Shown in pieces: positions 57,270 through 64,000 of a stretch of DNA of 64,000 bases. The stretch is from Spirochaetia bacterium (lineage in GTDB: Bacteria; Spirochaetota; Spirochaetia; DSM-27196; Salinispiraceae). Numbering within the stretch: the stretch's first letter is position 1; each line of letters opens with the position of its first letter. The notes beneath the pieces were generated by a model. The model was given only the letters and a program-made list of their open reading frames with translations. It was not told the origin of the DNA and ran no database searches. The position numbers and the translations under genes were made by a program. The stretch covers positions 224,001 to 288,000 of the forward strand of contig JBBRCZ010000001.1 in assembly GCA_038204425.1 (NCBI GenBank). Direction: 5' to 3'.

Positions 57270-59183
57270 AGCTTCAGCTTGCTCTATCATTGCTCTGTGC
57301 CAATCTAACAAAAAGGTTTCACCTTCTGGATTGTTACCCTTTAAGTCGACCAGAATCCTAAAGACAGGTTCCGTTCCTGACCCGCGCATCCAAAGAAAGC
57401 CGAGTTCGTCACCATTTTGGTCAGCAAAAAGCACCTTAAATCCTCCGCGCTCTTTGCCGGTCCGCTTACTTGCGCCCATGCCAATGATAGTGTTGATGCC
57501 TTCGTAATTTACAACCTGATAATCAACTATGCCAAATTTATTTCTGAGCATCGCTTGTTCTTTTTGCCACTCTTTTTGAAATATTTTTTCGTAGGCCGCT
57601 TTAAGTTGAGCATGATCGGCAGCAATCTTCATGATCGCGCAATCCTCATAGGCTGAGGTGGTGGTCCATTGTGGTAATGATGCAATGATGTCACTGAGCG
57701 TATAGGTCTCAGAATAGGTTCTATTCTGCAACGAACACCAAATACCAAAAAGCCCCTTGTGCTTGCCTTCATCACGCAACACGAGCAGTTTGACTAAACT
57801 CATGACGGTGTCTAATGGGTCTCTGACCGAGGACGGGTGGGTAATATTACCACCATTTGACCCCTCGCCTAAGATTCTGACTATATAGCCTTGATCCCTT
57901 AGTTTTTGCGCTAACTGCACCACGTTGGCTTCGCCCACTTCTGCTCGCCAAACTTCTGCACCAAACACTTTGGCAAGTTCTTCAATACGCATTGAGGTGG
58001 CGTCATTGACCGCAATCGCAAGCTTTGTGCTTGGCTGCATTGCAACTGAATAACTAATGTCTCCACAGTAGACCAAGTAGGCGAGTTCCGCCAAACAAGA
58101 CAATGCAAAAACTTCTTGGGCTTCAAGAATTAGTGCTCCAGCTTTTTTTTGGTCAATGTAGACGATATTGCCGCGATCGCCATCGTTGTCTGGCATGTAG
58201 CCAAGTGAAAAACCAGCTTTGTTTTTCCAAATCTTTTCCAGTTCTTGGCGACAGACATCTAACGACTGTCCTTCTGGTACTATCCGGTGAGCTATCTGCC
58301 GTGCGGTTCCGTTAACGGTCAAGAATCTAAGTCCATTGTTTTCAAAAAACTGTTTGTCTATGCTGAGGCAGCGAGCACTTCCGTTCATATCGGCAACTAT
58401 GCCCAAGTCCACATTACGACTGGCAAGAGCAATCTTTGTCATTCTTTCTTGAGAAAGCTTCTCGTCCCAAGAATTGCTGACAATAGTTGCACTTAGGGTT
58501 GTGTAGTTTTCTAAGGCAGCCTGCTTATTTTTGTTAGCTAGTGCAAATATAGCGTCAAGCTCAGTGCTTTTGATAGCATGTATTGCTTCAAAGGCCAGGC
58601 TTCCAGCCGTTTCGAAACTGAGGGCATATTTATATGATTCAATCAAAGGATTGACTTGACTAGCCTTCAGAACCCCACCACTTTTAAGCCCAAACTTGAC
58701 GCCATTGTGTCCCACGGGGTTGTGACTAGCTGAAATATAGACCAAGCCGTCAACTTGTTCGTCCAATTTTGCATGCGCCATAGCTTCGGGTGTCGAAGCA
58801 ATAAAAATATATTGAACCTTAACTCCAAGGCCGACTAGAGCGCGGATCATTACATCGGCTAAAAGTGTCCCGGTTGGTCGACTATCCATGGCCACTAAGA
58901 CAGTGCTGTTATGTTGATTCTTTCCAGTTAGGCTTGGTAAGGCCTTAGCAAAAGTCTGCGCCATATACCAGGCAAGAACCAAATCAACTGGACCAACCAG
59001 CTCTGAGGCATCTTCTTGATCCTGTGATGCAACAAAAACCTTACGCCACCCCGACGCAGACAGAATCAAATTTTCAGTGGCTCTCACAATTTCAATTTGA
59101 CTTGGCGGCTTGGTCAATAATCTAGGGATAAGAGTGGAATCACCAATGCTGAGTTTGCTAATGGGATCAATGAATGTTGGCAA
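57246..59183 (-). CDS. Phosphoglucomutase/phosphomannomutase family protein
   Basis: DSR, SASHNP phospho-Ser loop, PDNDGDR metal loop, GEGSNGG, R.SGTEP. Confidence 0.9.
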   Translation of the reverse strand: MPTFIDPISKLSIGDSTLIPRLLTKPPSQIEIVRATENLILSASGWRKVFVASQDQEDASELVGPVDLVLAWYMAQTFAKALPSLTGKNQHNSTVLVAMDSRPTGTLLADVMIRALVGLGVKVQYIFIASTPEAMAHAKLDEQVDGLVYISASHNPVGHNGVKFGLKSGGVLKASQVNPLIESYKYALSFETAGSLAFEAIHAIKSTELDAIFALANKNKQAALENYTTLSATIVSNSWDEKLSQERMTKIALASRNVDLGIVADMNGSARCLSIDKQFFENNGLRFLTVNGTARQIAHRIVPEGQSLDVCRQELEKIWKNKAGFSLGYMPDNDGDRGNIVYIDQKKAGALILEAQEVFALSCLAELAYLVYCGDISYSVAMQPSTKLAIAVNDATSMRIEELAKVFGAEVWRAEVGEANVVQLAQKLRDQGYIVRILGEGSNGGNITHPSSVRDPLDTVMSLVKLLVLRDEGKHKGLFGIWCSLQNRTYSETYTLSDIIASLPQWTTTSAYEDCAIMKIAADHAQLKAAYEKIFQKEWQKEQAMLRNKFGIVDYQVVNYEGINTIIGMGASKRTGKERGGFKVLFADQNGDELGFLWMRGSGTEPVFRILVDLKGNNPEGETFLLDWHRAMIEQAEALSSTIVS

Positions 59184-59224
59184 ATTTAGCCTCCGTTAAA
59201 TTAACAATATTTATCAGTATGGTA

Positions 59225-60382
59225 TTAGAAATGCAAGCCTATATCGAAGCCAATCAATGGGCCATGTTGCCCACTAAAGGCTGGCTGAAAAGGTAGAAAC
59301 TGAAGATATATAACGCCATGAGTATAGTCAAAAAAATTGAGAGTCAAGCCTAGGCCGAGACTAAGCGCATCCTTTAGATTTCCTTGATAGTCTGAGGACA
59401 ATCCCCAGTCGGCGTAGACTACCATTCCGGGAACTAGGTCGAGGCCAAAAAGTGTTGGTCCGCTAAGGTACCAGTCAATGTTAATGGCAAACTTTTGTAA
59501 TCCTGGCAAATAGCCATCGCCAAGCCCGCGGATTAGGCCACCGAGGCCAGAGCGCTCGTCAAAACCACCTATACTTCCGTACACCAAATACGGCAGTCGG
59601 GCGTCTGAAACGTTGCGTACGTAGTCATAGACAGCTTGAAAGCCCAGGTAGGAGCTTAATACGTTACTTAATAGTTCTTTGCTGTTGGGACCATAGTCTT
59701 TGTGTTCAAACAGTGGCAAATAGGCTTTTGCGAGGCCTCCAAATCTAAACCAAGCTTGGTCTTGTGTATTTAACGAAGGAGAAAACTCTGCGTAAGCTTC
59801 CAAAAAAAGGCCTGCGACGTTTTTGCTTATTGGATCAACTTTGGTACCATCAAAAGCCAGATCAAGTAAGATGCGACCGTACATCCCACCAGTGCGAAAA
59901 GAGTCGTTTGATTCAACCAAGAGCAAAGACTGATCGGCTGTATCGGGTGGACTGATGTATTCAAACAGATATGCTAACAATAGATTTGCATTGTTTCTAT
60001 CTTTGGCGGTGTCAAACGAAAGGCCTTGCTTAATTCCGAGTGCCGCCTTGAAGTTCCATGCATTAAAATAGCTTTTGATTGATAACAAGGAAGCATCTTC
60101 TTCTATCGACGAATTTAATGTTGATTCTTGGGGATCCAAAAAATAGCCGAGATTGTCGTACACCAAATGGGTTCGACCCCAGACAACGGTATCAACACCA
60201 TCAAGTATGCGTAGTCCTAGGTCAAAGTCACTTGCCAAACCCCAAAACTTGGGAGATGGATCTATTTCGAAATATCTAAAAACTTCCTCGCCATGTGCAG
60301 TTGGGCAAAAAAGCAAAGTTGCCAAGATCAAGATTGTGTAAGCTTTCACAAAAATCGTCCTAATGAAGGATTTTTTGGTCAT
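59225..60382 (-). CDS. Probable outer-membrane beta-barrel (Omp85-like)
   Basis: Signal peptide, amphipathic strands, GGLIRGL loop, C-terminal IGFDIGLHF. Confidence 0.6.
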   Translation of the reverse strand: MTKKSFIRTIFVKAYTILILATLLFCPTAHGEEVFRYFEIDPSPKFWGLASDFDLGLRILDGVDTVVWGRTHLVYDNLGYFLDPQESTLNSSIEEDASLLSIKSYFNAWNFKAALGIKQGLSFDTAKDRNNANLLLAYLFEYISPPDTADQSLLLVESNDSFRTGGMYGRILLDLAFDGTKVDPISKNVAGLFLEAYAEFSPSLNTQDQAWFRFGGLAKAYLPLFEHKDYGPNSKELLSNVLSSYLGFQAVYDYVRNVSDARLPYLVYGSIGGFDERSGLGGLIRGLGDGYLPGLQKFAINIDWYLSGPTLFGLDLVPGMVVYADWGLSSDYQGNLKDALSLGLGLTLNFFDYTHGVIYLQFLPFQPAFSGQHGPLIGFDIGLHF

Positions 60383-60507
60383 GTTTCACCTAGGCAAGTG
60401 CTGTGATTGCAAAAGACTGGGCAAATGACTCAACAATTCATTGTACACGTAAAAATCTTATTTTACACTTGCTATAGAGACATGGATAAAAATATTTGTG
60501 AAGGCAC

Positions 60508-62868
60508 GTGGTAGTTTTAATGTCAAATGAGAGTGATGAGAGCCTAAGTTTAATATTTAGACAAATTCTTAACGATGTTAGTTTTCCCGTGCTCTTGATT
60601 GATCGTCTTACTAAAATTCGATCTTGCAATCCTATAAGTGCAGAATTTCTTAATTGCGAACCTGGGCAACTTGTGGGACGACAATTTGAAGACTTTCTCA
60701 ATGCCGATTCCCACAGGATTTTTCTCGATGCTATGCAGGTTCTAAGTGTAGACAATACTTCAAAACGGGATCTTATGTTGCAAACCAAACTGCTTGGTGA
60801 CAAGCATCATTGGCTAGAAGTGCGGCTCGCACGCATTCGCACAAGTTCACCAAACTCAATCTTTTACATGATTCTGCACGACGTTTCGCCGTTTATGGAC
60901 CTCAATCAACAACTTAGAGAAGAAAAAGACATTGCAGAACAAGCAACGCGTTCGAAGTCAAGTTTTTTGGCAAACATGAGTCATGAAATTCGAACACCGA
61001 TCCATACCATCACCGGTATGACCGAGCTTCTAATTGAAACAAAACTCGATGACGAACAACAAGAGTATGTCAAGCAAATTAGCTTTGCGGCAGAAGTTCT
61101 CTTGAGCCTAATTAATGATATACTGGATTTTTCTAAGATTGAAGCAGGCAAACTTAATCTAGAGCTGATTCGATTTGATATGCAAAAGGTAACTGAAGAC
61201 GCCCTAGATATGCAGAGCTTAGAAGCGTTCAAAAAAGGCTTGGAAGTAATTCTAGATATTCGCACCAGACTTCCCAACAATTTTCTCGGAGATCCATCCC
61301 GAATCCGCCAGGTTATAACCAATCTTTTGTCCAATTCAATTAAGTTTACCAAAGAAGGGCAGGTACAGCTAATCGTTGAGTATATTGCTCAGACAGCGAT
61401 TCTGCGCCTAGAAATTGTTGACTCAGGAATTGGAATTCCTGAAGCAAAGAAGGATCTTTTGTTTCAATCTTTTAGTCAAGTTGACGCCTCCACCACGCGC
61501 AAATTTGGGGGGACAGGACTCGGCCTGTCAATTTGCAAGAGTCTAGTTCAGATGATGCAAGGGAGCATAGGCATCGAAAGTAAGGTTCAACAGGGTTCAG
61601 TCTTTTGGTTTGAACTTCCATGTCCTCCGGAGTCTTTTATTGCACCAGCGCCTCATTCTGATTTTCGTTTAGACGGTTTGGCAATCTTATTGTTAGACGA
61701 TAATGCAATTGTGCGCTCTTACATTAAAGCAAATATAGAAGCGCTGGGGGGCAAAGTTACCGAATCATCATCAGCAATGGATGGGCTAAATATACTGAGA
61801 GAAAACCACAATAAGCCAAGCAAGATTCATCTCGTCCTGGTTGACCTCGATATGCCAGGCATGGATGCTTGGCAATTTGCAAGTGAAGTCAACAATGACA
61901 AGTCAATTAATGAAGTTCGTTTGATACTTCTCAATCCTCCAGGCAAAATGGCCGGCGAGGCCAAAATGAAGCTTCTCAATTGGTTTGATGCCTACATCTC
62001 AAAACCAGTCAAGGTTAAAGAGCTAATAGAAACGCTAAGAAAAACGCTTTCAATCAAACTGGACTTGAGACCAAATGATGATGACGTGAGTTCTGAACAT
62101 AGCGATCAAAAAAATGACCAAGGCTCCAATCGGGAGCCTCTGCTAGTAGCTAACAAATATTTGGCCGCCAGAATCTTGGTGGCTGAAGATCATTTTGTAA
62201 ATCAAAAACTCTTCGTAACGATGCTTAATAGTTTGGGTTGTCAAACCAGTTTGGCTTCGGATGGCAAGCAGGCATACGAAAAAGCATGCGCTGACAATCC
62301 GGACCTGATATTTATGGATGTGCAAATGCCGGTCCTTGATGGCTATGAAGCGACTAAACTACTGCGTCAGTTTGGCTACTCAAATCCAATCGTAGCCGTA
62401 ACAGCCAACGCGCTAAAAGGAGACATTGATAGATGTTTGCAGTCTGGCATGGATGACTATCTTGCCAAACCGTTTCAAAAAAAAGACCTTCAAAACCTGA
62501 TCGTAAAATGGACTAAACGAAACCTTGCAGTTTTTGACACCAATAAAGCACTTGATGCATTTGTTGGCGACAAGGCAACTCTAATGAACGTCCTAAAGAC
62601 GTATCTAGAAGAAAGTCCCGAAAGCATTTTGAGTCTAATGGCGCATATTGAGGCAAAGAACTATCCAGCAGCTGCATCAATAGCGCATCGCTTTAAGGGT
62701 TCTGCCCTAAGCATTGCCGCCGATGCTCTCGGCACAAGTGCTGGACTATTGGAATCAGCATTGCTTTCCAAAGACATCGAAATCTTCAACCTTTCATCGC
62801 TATCTCAAGCATTGCAGCGTGACTGGGACAGTTTTGTTAGAAAAGCAAGCCAGTTTATGATCGGCTGA
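60508..62868 (+). CDS. Cytoplasmic hybrid sensor histidine kinase (PAS - HisKA - HATPase - REC - REC - HPt)
   Basis: FLANMSHEIRTP, NLLSNSIKFT, DSGIG, GGTGLGL, two receiver domains (DLDMP, DVQMP), HPt motif AHRFKGSA. Confidence 0.93.
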   Translation: MVVLMSNESDESLSLIFRQILNDVSFPVLLIDRLTKIRSCNPISAEFLNCEPGQLVGRQFEDFLNADSHRIFLDAMQVLSVDNTSKRDLMLQTKLLGDKHHWLEVRLARIRTSSPNSIFYMILHDVSPFMDLNQQLREEKDIAEQATRSKSSFLANMSHEIRTPIHTITGMTELLIETKLDDEQQEYVKQISFAAEVLLSLINDILDFSKIEAGKLNLELIRFDMQKVTEDALDMQSLEAFKKGLEVILDIRTRLPNNFLGDPSRIRQVITNLLSNSIKFTKEGQVQLIVEYIAQTAILRLEIVDSGIGIPEAKKDLLFQSFSQVDASTTRKFGGTGLGLSICKSLVQMMQGSIGIESKVQQGSVFWFELPCPPESFIAPAPHSDFRLDGLAILLLDDNAIVRSYIKANIEALGGKVTESSSAMDGLNILRENHNKPSKIHLVLVDLDMPGMDAWQFASEVNNDKSINEVRLILLNPPGKMAGEAKMKLLNWFDAYISKPVKVKELIETLRKTLSIKLDLRPNDDDVSSEHSDQKNDQGSNREPLLVANKYLAARILVAEDHFVNQKLFVTMLNSLGCQTSLASDGKQAYEKACADNPDLIFMDVQMPVLDGYEATKLLRQFGYSNPIVAVTANALKGDIDRCLQSGMDDYLAKPFQKKDLQNLIVKWTKRNLAVFDTNKALDAFVGDKATLMNVLKTYLEESPESILSLMAHIEAKNYPAAASIAHRFKGSALSIAADALGTSAGLLESALLSKDIEIFNLSSLSQALQRDWDSFVRKASQFMIG

Positions 62869-64000
62869 GTTCCTTTTTGATGAGCTCAACAGCTTCTATA
62901 ACATTTTGGCGATGGTTAAAGGCAGAGAAACGCGCATATCCCTGACCACTCTGCCCAAAACCTACTCCTGGTGTACAAACTACGCCCTGGTTGTTTAATA
63001 ATCGGTCAAAAAACTGCCAAGAATCCATGCCCGTGTCAAACCAAACGTAGGGTGAGTCAAGACCACCACTAACCTTGTATCCGAGATCAGAAATAGTCTT
63101 CCTTATGATCAAGGCATTTTCTAGGTAGTAATCACACAATGCCTTGCTTTCAACTTTTCCTTTTGCCGAAAATACAGCACCTGCTGCTTTTTGAACAGGA
63201 TAAGAAACGCCGTTAAACTTAGTTGTGTGTCTTCGGTTCCACATTTCATGCAAAGATTGAGCATTTCCTGATTCATCATATACTTTAACTTCTTTTGGAA
63301 TGACTGTGTAAGCAAGACGTGTTCCAGTGAACCCAGCTGACTTGGACAAGCTCCTAAACTCGACCGCAACTTCCCGAGCACCTTCTATCTCAAAAATACT
63401 GTGCGGCAACGCAGGATCTCGTATAAAAGCTTCATAGGCTGCATCAAAAAGAATAAGTGCTTTATGTTGATGCGCATACTCCACCCATTTTTTGAGATCG
63501 TCCTTGCTTGCGCAAGCTCCAGTTGGATTGTTGGGGAAACATAAATATATTAGATCGACGGCGTGATTGGGTGGTGACGGCACGAATCCATTTTCTGGAT
63601 TAGAATCCAGGTAGGTCAATCCTTGGTAACGACCGTCCACAAATGTTCCCGTGCGGCCGGCCATGACATTGGTGTCTACATAGACGGGATAAACCGGATC
63701 AGGAACGGCTATGCGAATGTCTTGAGAAAAGAGCTCCTGAAAATTGCCCGTATCACACTTAGCACCGTCAGAAACAAAAACTTCTTCTGCAGAAACCTTA
63801 GCTCCCTTTGATACAAAATCGCTTTCTGCAATAAGTTCTCTTAAAAAGGAGTAACCTTGTTCAGGGCCATAACCTTTAAATGTTTCATCAGCAGCCATTT
63901 CATCGACTCCCTCGTGAAACGCCTTTATTATTGCTGGTGAAAGCGCCCGCGTAACATCGCCAATGCCAAGCCGAATAAGCGGCTTTTGTGGATTGTTTGT
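62855..64000 (-). CDS. dapL: LL-diaminopimelate aminotransferase; N-terminus lies beyond the window
   Basis: The frame is open to the edge with IRLGIGDVT; GYGPEQG, SDGAKCD, CFPNNPTG, DAAY, SKSAGFTG.R. Confidence 0.93.
   Translation of the reverse strand, partial: TNNPQKPLIRLGIGDVTRALSPAIIKAFHEGVDEMAADETFKGYGPEQGYSFLRELIAESDFVSKGAKVSAEEVFVSDGAKCDTGNFQELFSQDIRIAVPDPVYPVYVDTNVMAGRTGTFVDGRYQGLTYLDSNPENGFVPSPPNHAVDLIYLCFPNNPTGACASKDDLKKWVEYAHQHKALILFDAAYEAFIRDPALPHSIFEIEGAREVAVEFRSLSKSAGFTGTRLAYTVIPKEVKVYDESGNAQSLHEMWNRRHTTKFNGVSYPVQKAAGAVFSAKGKVESKALCDYYLENALIIRKTISDLGYKVSGGLDSPYVWFDTGMDSWQFFDRLLNNQGVVCTPGVGFGQSGQGYARFSAFNHRQNVIEAVELIKKELSRS

Noticed and set aside
1..64000. CRISPR arrays, IS elements, rRNA, riboswitches
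   Set aside because: I saw no regularly spaced repeats, transposase ORFs or recognisable structured-RNA signatures. A covariance-model scan was not possible.

Overview
This is a core-chromosome window from a bacterium that is most likely a spirochaete. That assignment is inferred from spirochaete-style lipoproteins and conserved hypothetical genes. I found no mobile elements, CRISPR arrays or rRNA. It holds about 55 CDS and two tRNAs (Arg-TCT, Pro-TGG). Housekeeping genes include nth, pyrK/pyrD, recQ, pepD, acnA, serS, proC, trmL, tpx, rel, prmC, prfA, xth, aroK/aroC, ferritin, rubredoxin, a complete lplA-pdhABC-lpdA operon, cinA, trpS, mutY and dapL. Two loci stand out. (1) A two-gene operon pairs a MinD/FlhG-family ATPase, carrying an about 280-aa helical insertion, with a soluble, sensor-less class III nucleotide cyclase (14422-17528). 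(2) An Nqr/Rnf-hybrid operon (nqrB-C-D-E-F plus an unknown 149-aa ORF) lacks NqrA/RnfC and RnfB and is transcribed back-to-back with the PDH operon (42117-53277). Other oddities: two orphan His-phosphoacceptor (DHp) proteins without a working ATPase domain, a clusterless MutY, a POTRA-less Omp85-like barrel, a HExxH lipoprotein, many apparently leaderless promoters, and a decayed stretch of about 1.6 kb next to the tRNAs. All calls come from reading motifs by eye; no database searches were run.
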